Below are positions 29,300 to 38,470 of a stretch of DNA of 64,000 nt, in pieces. The DNA lies in assembly GCF_006345805.1 (NCBI RefSeq), contig NC_043017.1, forward strand, positions 18,662,001 to 18,726,000, read 5' to 3'. The notes below the pieces were generated by a model that had not been told where the DNA came from, ran no database searches, and saw nothing but the letters and a program-made list of their open reading frames with translations. The position numbers were made by a program, and so were the translations under genes. The stretch's first letter is position 1; each line of letters starts with the position of its first letter. Source of the DNA: Octopus sinensis (Eukaryota).

Positions 29300-32200
29300 T
29301 AACAACATCGAAAAATACTTTAGGAATAAGAACCCAGGTTCGAAATTTCCCCAAGACACCTGATGAAGGTTGGCGGGTATATCATCCGAAACGGTGTGTT
29401 AACAACAAACAAGATGAGGACAAATATCTGTCAATTGTCAATAATGTAAATAATTCCTCATCTTTTAAATATAGAAGTGTATTTCTGTTATTCTATTCTA
29501 CTTATTTATTTTCGATTGAATATATTTTGTTTACTTAAAAATTTGAATTTTGGAAAATAGAATTTTCCTTTTTTTGTTTACGTGAAATTATCAGAAAACT
29601 TTTTTTAAGACTTGGCTGTTATTTCTAGCATGTGGAGCGACCTTCTAGGCTTAACTTTATGTGCTGGTAGAAAATCACCTAAAAATAGATTCTGGGGTCG
29701 CTACATTCGACTAAAAATTCCCCAAGGCTGTGCCCCCACGTGGCCACAGTCCAATAACTGAAACAAGTAAAAAGATTTTTAGAAAATAAAAAAAAAATCG
29801 AAGAATAGCCAAAAAATTTTCAAGAGATTTGGCTGTTATTTCTAGCATGTGGAGAGACCTTCTAGGCTTAACTTCATGCGCTGGTTGAAAATCATTTATA
29901 AAAATTCTAGGGTCGATACATTTGACTAAAAATTCTTCATGGCCACAGTCTAATGACTGCAACAAGTAAAAATTTTTAAAAAAACCAAAAAATGACCAAA
30001 AAATATAACCGTGGGAATTTTTTTAGACAGACAGACAGACAGATAGATAGACAGACACACACACACACACACACACAGAAAATACTGACAAACCAACAAG
30101 TTATGGGAAAAAGAATCCTTGAGCATTCAAATAAAGAGATGTATGTCACCACGGATATGGTTCAGGTCTCCCTTTGAGGACGATAGAGCATGTTGTAGTG
30201 ACATACATAAGGGGGTTGGAATGAAAGAAATAGTTTAAAGAGGAAAAAAGTCGCTGATGCCACGCTTATTAATGTCGGAGTTTGTTTTTTTAAAAGTGCA
30301 AACCACGCTGTTTATACATTGTTTTTGTATAATTTTTATTTTTGTAATGTTTGTTTATTAATTTTGCCAGATGTCAGCGACAGGTGGCCCACATAAATTG
30401 GAATTTCTCCATTTTGCCTGGGATTATTCAGATTTTTTTTCATATCTTTGACAATGATCTGGAAAAAAAGTTTTCGGAAAATGTTTTTTTTTTTTCTTAA
30501 CCCCTCTCCGGATCAATTTCGGTCGGTTTTGTGGGCACTAAAAGCTTTTTTAAAATAAAGTAAATATATTCAGAAGAAAAGGTGTGGGATTAAAGGGAGA
30601 TTTGACTGTTGTTTCTAGCATATCCCATCATCATTCTTCCTCGTTTCTTTCTCACTCTGACAAGTATTGATGTTTTTCAATATTTTCTTCCCATTTAGGC
30701 GGCAAGCTGGCAAAAACGTTAGCACGCCGGGCGAAATGCTAAGCAGTATTTCGTCTGCCGTTACGTTCTGAGTTGAAATCCCGCCGAGGTTGACTTTGCC
30801 TTTCATCCTTTCGGGATAAATTAAGTACCAGTAATATACTGGAGTCGATATAATCGACTTAACACCTTTGTCTGTCCTTGTTTGTCCCCTCTATGTTTAG
30901 CCCCTTGTGGGCAACAAAGAAATAAGAAACGTTAAAATTGACGTGTTTTTCCCTTTTCTTCTTTTTTTCTTTCTTCACTTAAGTGTGTTTTCTTTGGTTT
31001 TGAATTTGTATTTTAATGTTTTTGTTTGGGTGGCGGTGAGTACCTTTCATTGGAATATAACACCTATGTATATGAAACATATATAATACAAAATAAAGAC
31101 GGCGAGCTGGCAGAAACGTTAGCACACCGGGCGAAATGCTTAGCAGTATTTAATCTGTCTTTACATTCTGAGTTGAAATCCCGCCGAGGTTGACTTTGCC
31201 TTTCATCCTTTCGGAGTCGATAAATTAAGTACCAGTTGCATACTGAGGTCGATCTAATCGACTGACCCCCTCCCCAAAAATTTCGGGCCTTGTGCCTCGA
31301 GTAGAAAAGAATATTTTGGGGGTCTGCGCAAGTGCTTGTCTCTATCTCTTCCCTGTTTTCTTTCCTCAATCCATGCTTATAACATCCTTTCGTCTCCAAC
31401 ATGAACTAATTCCAACGGGGAGATGGATGAAGCTCTGCTACAGTGGAGAGAGCTGGGTTTGTCAGATCCTGATACAGCTGAAGGTAGACGGAAGCAGAGA
31501 GTATGTGACAATCAAGGTGTCACCTACTTTCTGCTTGGGCAAAATTCTCGAGAGACTAGATTGATGCCCTGCCTGTGACCAACCTCGATGGTCTCTTCGG
31601 TGTAGATGAGCTCAGCATCACCATCGCATTCAGAGTGGGAGCCGACGTCTGTGGGGAACTGAAATGTCGCTGTGGTAGGCCCCTCAACTCCACAGGTCTG
31701 TCTTGTTGCCTAAATGCTGGTCGTTTCGCTTATCACACCGAGCCAAACTTCATCATTAAACGAGCCTTGGCTCAGGTTAATATCCCTTTAGTTCTGGAGT
31801 CGACTGAATTATACAGAAGTGATGGGAAAAGACCAGATGGTCTTACCCTCTGTCTGTGGGTAAGAGGTAGGTGCCTTATCTGGAGCACCATAGTCTGTGA
31901 CTCCTTTGCTCCCTTCAACATCCTGGATGTTGCAATAAATGGAAGGGCCTGTGGCGTTTGAGACATTTGGGGAAGCTTGGCTGCTAACAACGAAGTTCTT
32001 GTCACCGCTGGCAGTTCGCCTTCCCAAGGTGCCACATGATGCCCGTGAGGATACTGGGTTGTTTCAATGCCTTAGCCTCGCCATCGCCCGTCGTAATGCC
32101 GCGAACGTGCTGGTTGCTTCAGTAAGTTTCGTTGAACTTCGTGGTGTGCGACCAACCGATTCAGTTTTGACAGAAAGATTTGGAAGAATTAGATGAAAGT

Positions 32201-32506
32201 TCTCCGGTAATTCTCCTTTACGTAAATAAATGTTTACGTTAATTTAAAAATTTGCCGGCAAAATCTTACAAAACTGAGACACTTGGTATTAAATTGACGT
32301 GTTTTTTCTTTCTGTCTTCACTTAAGTGTGTTTTCTTTGGTTTTGAATTTGTATTTTAATGTTTTTGTTTGGGTGGGGTGAGTACCTTTTATTGGAATAT
32401 AACACCTATGTATATGAAACATTTATAATACAAAACATTAAAAATACAAATACAAAACCGGGAGAGAAAAATGGAGAAAGGAACAAAGATAGACAGATAC
32501 ATCGAG

Positions 32507-32546
<40 letters not shown>

Positions 32547-32583
32547 GATAGACAGATAGGTGATAGATAGATAGATGATAGAC

Positions 32584-32663
<80 letters not shown>

Positions 32664-32721
32664 GATAGACAGATAGATAGATGATAAACAGATAGATAGA
32701 TAGATGATAAACAGATAGATG

Positions 32722-32763
<42 letters not shown>

Positions 32764-32798
32764 AGTTAGATAGATAGATAGATGATAGACAGATAGGT

Positions 32799-32833
<35 letters not shown>

Positions 32834-32870
32834 GATAGACAGATAGGTGATAGATAGATAGATGATAGAC

Positions 32871-32968
<98 letters not shown>

Positions 32969-33334
32969 GTGACAGATAGATTTGATTTGGCCTTCAAGTT
33001 GGGTCTTTTGGTTAAAAGTGAAACTGCTGCACGCCAGTGTATGAGAGAGAGAGAAAATATCTCATTAGGAGAAAAGTTGAGATGAATAAAGGGATAATGT
33101 GTAAAAAGAGAAAGAGTGGCGGGGTGGATGCTTCAAAAATGAACTTTTTTAAGTGTTTAATGGAAGGAGACCTGAGAGAGGAATAGACAATGTAATGCTC
33201 GGACAACCTGGTTTTGCAGCATGGAAATGAAAAACAACTACAGTAAAAAAAATAAGGGCTTTTCTTTCTTTTTCACTTACCCAGAAATATTCCTGGCACA
33301 ATAATGGAAACATGGATACGTTTGAATTTGTCAT
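329..33334 (-). CDS. ABCC1-like: ABCC1/MRP-like ABC transporter, N-terminal part (TMD0, L0, start of TMD1). Coding exons 33281-33334, 8698-8856, 6255-6371, 5072-5203, 4139-4237, 2317-2372, 1166-1279, 329-451; continues beyond the left edge
   Basis: Eight GT-AG exons join into one open frame: [43 protein letters not shown].../...[27 protein letters not shown].../...[15 protein letters not shown]. Motifs CxQNT, ASFLSRxTFxW, RGYRQ and DxLxFxxP match MRP1. Intron phases 0,0,0,0,0,2,2,2 equal those of human ABCC1. The exact paralogue cannot be assigned. Confidence 0.92.
700..938 (-). mobile_element. tRNA-derived SINE (third family) in ABCC intron 7
   Basis: Minus strand GTGAAGGTGCATGGCTTAGTAG...AGTTCAATTCC (A- and B-box-like). 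Confidence 0.65.
1166..1279 (-). CDS. ABCC-like exon 7 ([37 protein letters not shown])
   Basis: ttattttttcag acceptor, RGYRQ motif; donor GTACGT chosen because it gives phase 2 (donor less certain). Confidence 0.82.
1500..1972. repeat. Unclassified interspersed repeat of about 470 bp; second copy at 7948-8418
   Basis: Colinear along its length (ACCACAGATTTGCTTGTCA...GATGGCATGCACTGC). Confidence 0.8.
2317..2372 (-). CDS. ABCC-like exon 6 ([18 protein letters not shown])
   Basis: ttcttttccag acceptor, GTCAGC donor, 56 nt ending in phase 2; matches the MRP L0 motif NPCPESSASFLSRITFWW. Confidence 0.93.
2545..2945 (-). mobile_element. Penelope-like element, RT C-terminal fragment (frameshifted)
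   Basis: [21 protein letters not shown]...RGYP and LTYHST...[19 protein letters not shown], typical of the PLE thumb and linker. Confidence 0.85.
2946..3105 (-). mobile_element. Terminal-repeat (pLTR-like) segment with a mutated U3-A8 hammerhead motif (3066-3102), abutting the PLE fragment
   Basis: Same sequence family as 28375-28730; lies directly 5' of the PLE RT fragment on the same strand; G12 is mutated to A. Confidence 0.6.
4139..4237 (-). CDS. ABCC-like exon 5 ([33 protein letters not shown])
   Basis: ttttctgttttcag acceptor, GTAAGT donor, 99 nt; LFCFSE corresponds to MRP1 LSCFSD. Confidence 0.88.
4666..4851. mobile_element. MITE-like foldback, 52-bp arms
   Basis: TAGAATGGTTGTATACTGTCAATCTAA... 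is inverted at 4800-4851. Confidence 0.75.
5072..5203 (-). CDS. ABCC-like exon 4 ([44 protein letters not shown])
   Basis: TAG acceptor, GTAAGT donor, 132 nt; resembles MRP1 [21 protein letters not shown]. Confidence 0.9.
6255..6371 (-). CDS. ABCC-like exon 3 ([39 protein letters not shown])
   Basis: ctctctcatttacag acceptor, GTGAGT donor, 117 nt, phase 0/0, hydrophobic segment in the expected position. Confidence 0.8.
8698..8856 (-). CDS. ABCC-like exon 2 ([53 protein letters not shown])
   Basis: Pyrimidine tract plus TAG acceptor, GTATGT donor, 159 nt; aligns with MRP1 CFQNTVLVWVP. Confidence 0.92.
8930..10625 (-). mobile_element. Degraded RTE-clade LINE (APE endonuclease through RT N-terminus)
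   Basis: VFAIKTEI...LPKGISDHI...[11 protein letters not shown] and [14 protein letters not shown]...[17 protein letters not shown]; many stops. Confidence 0.85.
11790..12640 (-). mobile_element. Degraded mariner remnant
   Basis: [19 protein letters not shown] (YSPDLAPxD motif) on the minus strand; mariner-like end ATTAGGCTGTTCAGAAAATAATGG. Confidence 0.65.
12644..12873. mobile_element. TTAA-ended (piggyBac-type) MITE; partial relative near 23285-23600
   Basis: TTAACCCTTTCATTACCA ... TGATAATGAAAGGGTTCAA. Confidence 0.7.
14641..15370 (+). mobile_element. maT/DD37D transposon, internally deleted and degraded
   Basis: Starts CAGGGTG; VWQQDSAP...PLDYYVWG with 37 residues between the last two Asp. 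Confidence 0.85.
16157..17236 (+). mobile_element. Mariner element with about 50-bp TIRs and TA flanks; transposase N-terminus only
   Basis: TIR GTCTGATCAATAAGTATCCGGACTGTTGCTATAGTAACAA at both ends; EWFRCFQDG...RSGRP...RRITICEL...KFVPKLL; catalytic domain missing. Confidence 0.92.
16320..16614 (+). mobile_element. CR1/L2-group LINE 3' end nested in the mariner
   Basis: RLRGHSEK...[17 protein letters not shown]...FKDSLD; tail (TTAAC)n. Confidence 0.8.
18200..18698 (+). mobile_element. Second degraded maT/Tc1-like remnant
   Basis: [16 protein letters not shown]; ends CTGACGCACCCTA-TA. Confidence 0.6.
19700..19920 (-). mobile_element. PLE pLTR-like repeat with a hammerhead motif at 19813-19850 (core CTGTTGA)
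   Basis: TCTTT-CTGTTGA-A-GAGC/GTAG/GCTC-GAAACGTA|AAAGA; near-identical copy at 40845-41035 (motif 40944-40981); diverged copy at 58568-58605. Confidence 0.7.
20768..20857 (+). ncRNA. Hammerhead motif with a long stem II loop
   Basis: TTC-CTGAAGA-GAAAGACAC...GTGCCTTTC-GAAAC-ACGT-GTA|GAA; predicted cleavage after 20849. Confidence 0.7.
21720..22520 (-). mobile_element. Degraded RTE-type LINE 3' region
   Basis: [19 protein letters not shown] and [33 protein letters not shown]. Confidence 0.75.
22615..22830 (-). mobile_element. PLE pLTR-like repeat with a decayed hammerhead (22716-22750); intact relative at 47736-47770
   Basis: The 47.7-kb copy reads GTTT-CCGACGA-A-GAGC/TCC/GCTC-GAAACGTC|AAAC. 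Confidence 0.65.
23614..24009 (+). mobile_element. Non-autonomous Helitron
   Basis: A|TC start, subterminal hairpin CCCGAGCAACGCCGGG, CTAG|T end. Confidence 0.85.
24331..25256 (+). mobile_element. Solo LTR, 926 bp
   Basis: TGTT...AACA ends, ATAT flanks, TATAAAA near 24489, AATAAA near 24792. Confidence 0.7.
25603..25946. mobile_element. TA-flanked MITE with about 110-bp TIRs
   Basis: (C/T)AGTATTAAATAT... at both ends in inverted orientation, TA on each side. Confidence 0.75.
27300..28140 (-). repeat. Abundant CATCATCAT-ended interspersed repeat carrying about ten 65-bp tandem monomers
   Basis: Monomer CCTGACTGGCTCCTGTGCCGGTGGCA(C/T)GTAAAAAGCAC. Family pieces also near 6030, 13975, 19360, 20950, 47512, 48965, 59560 and 63350. 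Confidence 0.85.
28560..28596 (+). ncRNA. Minimal type I hammerhead motif with a U3-A8 core
   Basis: CTA-TTGAAAA-G-GTTGCA/AGA/TGCAAC-GAAA-ATTT-TAG; second copy at 28598-28634; reverse copy at 28490-28526. Confidence 0.6.
28975..29455. mobile_element. Composite: inverted pLTR/hammerhead arms around a tRNA-like head and trinucleotide tracts
   Basis: Arms about 28975-29118 and 29305-29452, each with CTGATGA-A-GG.TG...CA.CC-GAAAC; B-box GTTCGATTCC on the minus strand at 29199-29208. Confidence 0.75.
31098..31312 (+). mobile_element. tRNA-derived SINE family A (representative copy)
   Basis: GGCGAGCTGGCAGAA head with a GAGTT(C/G)AAAT B-box. Other copies near 3865, 7205, 7460, 7725, 13060, 30695, 44110, 50585 and 52790. 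Confidence 0.85.
31316..32215 (+). mobile_element. CRE-clade (RLE-type) non-LTR retrotransposon 3' fragment
   Basis: CRCGRPL...SC...GRFAYH.EPN.IIKRAL...[17 protein letters not shown], then FETFG...[14 protein letters not shown]. Confidence 0.8.
32508..32975. repeat. (GATA)n compound microsatellite
   Basis: Direct reading. Other long tracts: (AAC/AAT)n 1290-1437, (AAT)n 7393-7463, (CATA)n 15860-16155 and 17240-17395, (GT/GTGC)n 26610-26768. Confidence 0.97.
33281..33334 (-). CDS. ABCC-like coding exon 1 ([18 protein letters not shown])
   Basis: ATG to TGG followed by a GTAAGT donor; 54 nt, phase 0; the C...FW ending is typical of MRP exon 1. Confidence 0.8.
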
Positions 33335-33795
33335 TGTTGATTAAATTGGTAAATATGAAACGTATGTTGGCGAGCGACGGTCGTATATGACCTCTTCGTT
33401 CACAACACATTTATTTCCACTAATCAAACATTAAAAGCACAGCAACAAGGGCAACTAAACTGTTGTCATTCCTCTTTATCATAAAAGACTCCTATTTTTC
33501 CTTTTTTATCATGGTTTCCGTTTGTTTCTGAATATTAACCACCACCACCACCACCATCTTTCTTACCTTCTTGGTCCTCTCCACCACACCGCCACGCCGA
33601 CGTCCCCACTCTTAATCGCAACCACTTACCCCCATCAACCCCCACCTCTCCCATCACACCATCCACTCCACAGAATGCCGGAAGTTTTTAGCTTTATGTT
33701 TTATTTTGTTGTTTTTTGTTCTTTCAAATTTTCTGTTGTTTGTCTGATTACTATTGTTATCATCATCATAATCATCATAAATGTATGTATGTATG

Positions 33796-33874
<79 letters not shown>

Positions 33875-34062
33875 TATATATAATAATAAATATTAGGGAA
33901 AAAATCCAAATTTACAGGGAAAAAATCAGATTTAGGATTAAATCCAATTTTATAGTAAAATATTATATAATATTAATTCGAGACAAAACCACTATTTTGC
34001 AAAACAAACAAGGAAAGACTTAATCAATACATAAAAATTTTTAATATAAAGTAAATAAACCG

Positions 34063-34106
34063 CCACTACAATTGTTTCATGTCTTCAAATGACATTCGTC
34101 AGGTGG
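34063..34106 (-). ncRNA. Type I hammerhead ribozyme motif, mirror copy
   Basis: Reverse complement reads CCAC-CTGACGA-ATGTC...GACAT-GAAAC-AATT-GTA|GTGG, with palindromic stem III (ACAATTGT). Confidence 0.85.
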
Positions 34107-34148
34107 ATTTCCGATCTTCTAATCAGTTTTAATTAGAAGATCGGAAAT

Positions 34149-34193
34149 CCACCTGACGAATGTCATTTGAAGACATGAAACAATTTGTAGTGG
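34149..34193 (+). ncRNA. Type I hammerhead ribozyme motif, canonical core
   Basis: CCAC-CTGACGA-ATGTC/ATTTGAA/GACAT-GAAAC-AATTT-GTA|GTGG; predicted cleavage after 34189. Confidence 0.85.
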
Positions 34194-34284
34194 CGGTTTA
34201 TTTACTTTATATTAAAAATTTTTAAGTATTTCCTTGTTTGTTTTGCAAAATAGTGGTTTTGTCTCGAATTAATATTATATTATA

Positions 34285-35438
34285 TGTATATATAAACGGC
34301 AGTTTGTCTGTCTGTGTGTCTGTCAGGTTGTAACCTCACCCTGACCACGGCTTTCAACCGATTCTGATGAAACTTGACACACATATAGCCCAATGTCATA
34401 ATTCAAAACTAACGCAGCGAGAATTTTGAAAAGTTCCCCCAGTTCTGAAAAAAATCGATAAATTCGACATGGGGTCGAGAATCTAAGCTTTTTATATGCA
34501 ACACATTTTCTATTGTAGATTTTGCAACTTGCAATCGATTTTCACCAAACTCATGGTGAAGCTTAATGTTACCCTAAGAAACTTAATTCTGACGTTAGTT
34601 TTCCATGCAATACCTTAATATCAGAAAAAATTGATAAAATCATGCCATTTTGGGAAATCGCGTTCAAATTCAAGATGATATATTTTCGACAATATCTTTC
34701 ACAAATTGGCGGGAATTTTTTTTTAAGTTCACAGCGAGCATCATGTCTGCTCCAAGGAGCTATATGGCCCTTTTTATTCCAATAGGATACTTTATTACTG
34801 GAAAAAATCGGTTAATTAAATCATATGTGGCACACATAGCAAACCGATTTATGTTTTAAACACAAACCACAGACTGTCTAGGGGACGCAACTCGACCTTT
34901 TTAACTCTCGGAATACGTGGGGTAAGTATCCCCAAATGTATAAAAATGTACAAAAACGGCAAAAAAAGCGGGCAGCAATGTGAGTGACAACAACGAAAAA
35001 GTCAAAAGTGACCAAACTGAACAAACGAATGGAAAAGGTTTTTTGGTGCACACGACAAAAGCAGTTTATAATAAACCAAGAGTTTGCAAGTAGCGTCCGA
35101 GGACCCTTAATGTACGTCAAAAATTTAAGGTAAAACGTTTGGGGTGGTAGTTATAAAGAAAGTGTAAACAAAAAAAGTATTCGAATAACTTGCGGCTGCA
35201 GCAGCTATTAGCAGAAGTGGCGGTGTTGGGGGTAAAGTCTCGAATGTAATTTCTTCCTGGTAGGAATTGGTTGGGTTGAATTATCGATAGCTGTTTGATA
35301 GTTATTTGGAAGTGAAGAGAAGACATTTGCAACCTACACATGCGCCTTCGTTCCCTAGAGGGAAAGCACTAGATTGGGATTAGTCGTTGCCTACTAGGGG
35401 CTCTTACATACCCGGGCAACGCCGGGCTATACTGCTAG
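34285..35438 (+). mobile_element. Non-autonomous Helitron, longer form
   Basis: 3' hairpin CCCGGGCAACGCCGGG then CTAG|T; 5' end blurred in a TA tract. Confidence 0.75.
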
Positions 35439-35459
35439 TATACATATATATAAACATAC

Positions 35460-36045
35460 GTGGGCCTTACAGAGGGTAATTTCAAGTCCATGTTCAATAA
35501 TCACACTTTGAGCTTTAGGCACTGGAACAAAAGAAAAGCGACACAATTATCTAATCATATTTGGTCTTTAAGAGATAAAGGTGTCGATTATAACATACAA
35601 TGGAAGATTTTGGCCAGATGTAAGCCCTATACCAACGGCAGCGAAAGGTGCGGTCTATGCGACATGGAGAGATGGCTTATCTGGAAAAGCAGCTTAGACC
35701 CTACTACATGTCTAAACACAAGGACAGAACTTTTCGGATCATCCCCAAATGTGACTAAATTTCTGTTACGTTTTTGGTCCCCTAAAGAAAACAGATAGAA
35801 CATGCTTTCTATGTTATGTCCCAAGAAGATTTTATATATTTTTATATATTTTTTATGTATTTTTATATAATTTTTATGACGAAAAATGCAAGCGATGTAT
35901 AAGTACGCAGGCAAGCAGAGTTATAACACAGTAATTTCCCTTTATATAACGGTATTTTTTCATAACGTTTTCAAATAGCCAGATAACCGAAGAGATGGTG
36001 TTGTGGATTTCCACTTCGGCATCTGAAACTCAGAGTTTTATCTTG
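35460..36045 (+). mobile_element. Penelope-like element 3' fragment: GIY-YIG endonuclease C-terminal half plus a downstream hammerhead-like motif (35982-36042)
   Basis: GLTEGNFKSMFNNHTLSFRH...LSNHIWSLRDKGVDYNIQWKIL...CGLC...LNTRTEL; GATAA-CCGAAGA...GAAAC-TCAGA-GTT|TTATC. Confidence 0.85.
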
Positions 36046-36748
36046 ACTATTGAGTAATGTAACATATTATTGTATAGATATATATACACATATATATATA
36101 AGCACGTTTTATTCTTTTATTTGTTTCAGTCATTTGACTGCGGCCATGCTGGAGCACCGCATTTAGTCGAGCAAATCGACCCCAGGACTTATTCTTTGTA
36201 AGCCTAGTACTTATTCTATCAGTTTTTTTTTTTTGCCGAACCGCTAAGATACGGGAACGTAAACACACCAACATCGGTTGCCAAGCGATGGTGAGGGGGA
36301 CAAACACAAACATGCACACACACATACACACACACATATATATATATTGTTATATTTCGGAATGGTCATTTTGCCAGTTTAGCCAATAAAAACACACGCA
36401 CTATATATTTGGTGTTACTTTGCTTCAGTGTTATTTATTTTTTACATTAATCTTAATCTTATTTCGGCCAGAGTTCTTTCGTCACACTCCTGTGACGAAA
36501 GAACTCTGGCCGAAATAAGATTAAGATTAATGTAAAAAATAAATAACACTCCTGTGACGAAAGAACTCTGGCCGAAATAAGATTAAGATTAATGTAAAAA
36601 ATAAATAACACTGAAGCAAAGTAACACCAAATATATAGTGCGTATGTTTTTATTGGCTAAACTGGCAAAATGACCATTCCGAAATATAACAATATCTGTT
36701 TCAACACACGACTTCATATAAAAAATCTTGCACAACAAATATTTAAAC

Positions 36749-36797
<49 letters not shown>

Positions 36798-36940
36798 TAT
36801 ACGACAGGCTTCTTTCAGTTTCCGTTTACCAAATCCATTCACAAGGCATTGGTTGGCCTGAGGCTATAATAGAAGACACTGGCTCAAGGTGCCATGTAGT
36901 GGGACTGAACCTGGACCCATGTGGTTGGTAAGCAAGCTAC

Positions 36941-38276
36941 TTTATTTCATAAATATTTGCCATGAAGGCATTACAAAGAGGGGACGAACAAGAACAAACA
37001 TAAAAGGGTGAAGTAGCTGTAGCAATTAAATATTTACAATTTTAAAATATAATAATTTAATAAATATGTTTATAACTTTTGACTTAAGCGTTGCTCATTA
37101 CAAATGAAATTTGTAATGGCTTCTCTGAAGGATAGTCATCTGACCACCAGGGTAGACCCCTTTTTCTCTCCTGTTTTTGGGTTCCACTTACCTGGTGCCA
37201 AACACTTCCAGCTTCCTCGCCACAGGCTTCCATTTTCTCATGAATCTATCTTGTGACAGGTACCTTTTCTCCAGCCTGATCTTATTACTGAGGTGGTAAC
37301 TAAAAAAGTTAACCAACCCCTGGCCGGATACAAAGGTACCCGACACTATGCCTCTCACACGCGTCTTCCATACTGTTTCTTTCAGTATGGCTACTACGCA
37401 GAAAAAGCAAGCTTTTCTTTCCCTGTTAAGAGCAGGTGGCAGCACAATCTCGATGATAGATTCAGCTGATATCTGTACTCTTCCCATCGATGACAACAGT
37501 TGCTCTGCGAAAACTATCAGTCTCGTTAATTCCGGACACTCCACAAATGCATGCAAGACAGTTTCCCTCTCCTGCCTGCACCTCGGACATGTTGGTGAGA
37601 CGGCACTTCCATACCTTGACAGTTTATCACGAACGGGTAACGCTGCATGGAAGCACTGCCAAGCCAGAGATTTCTGGTAATTGTCCAGATACCCCGGCCC
37701 GAAAGTTCTCCAGAACAGGTTGATTAACTGATTTTCATCATAGCCCAGGGTCTCCCCCCGAGGCGTCTTCGGACTTAACCTCCACTAACCCACTATAGAA
37801 ATCCGCGGTGGAACTCTTGCCTGCCCAAGAGAGTAGCTGAAGTGCCTGGCGGCACTCCAATTGCCAGTCCCCCAACCTAGGTTGCTCATTACAAATGAAA
37901 TTTGTAATGGCTTCTCCAATTACCAATGTCCATTAAGGACATTAATTGCGGAAGGTAGAACTGAACATGCTGTGACCACACCTGCTCTCCATCCAGGTAA
38001 AGCCAGAGGTGCCTCAACCTTAACGTGAATTTTCGCATCCTTAGCCATGGTATCTCTAACCCACCCTTTAGCGGTTTCTGGCAGCAGACAGAGCGCTTCA
38101 CGAGTGGCTTTCCTCCCTTCCACAAAAAGTGGAAAAGGATTCTCTCCAACTTGTTCAGCCACAAATCGGGGCAAGGCACCATGGTCAGACGGTATGTGAT
38201 AACCGATGCTATAAACATCTGCACTACCTCCACTTTTCCTAGCAAGGATAACGCCTGCCCAGACCAGGTCTGGGTT

Positions 38277-38278
<2 letters not shown>
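36941..38278 (-). mobile_element. Tx1/L1-clade LINE 3' fragment, copy 1
   Basis: LSLLGKVEVVQMFIAS...FHFLWKG...KGGL, CCHC knuckle (...ETVLHAFVEC), AATAAA at the 3' end. Confidence 0.85.
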
Positions 38279-38327
<49 letters not shown>

Positions 38328-38470
38328 TATACGACAGGCTTCTTTCAGTTTCCGTTTACCAAATCCATTCACAAGGCATTGGTTGGCCTGAGGCTATAAT
38401 AGAAGACACTGGCTCAAGGTGCCATGTAGTGGGACTGAACCTGGACCCATGTGGTTGGTAAGCAAGCTAC

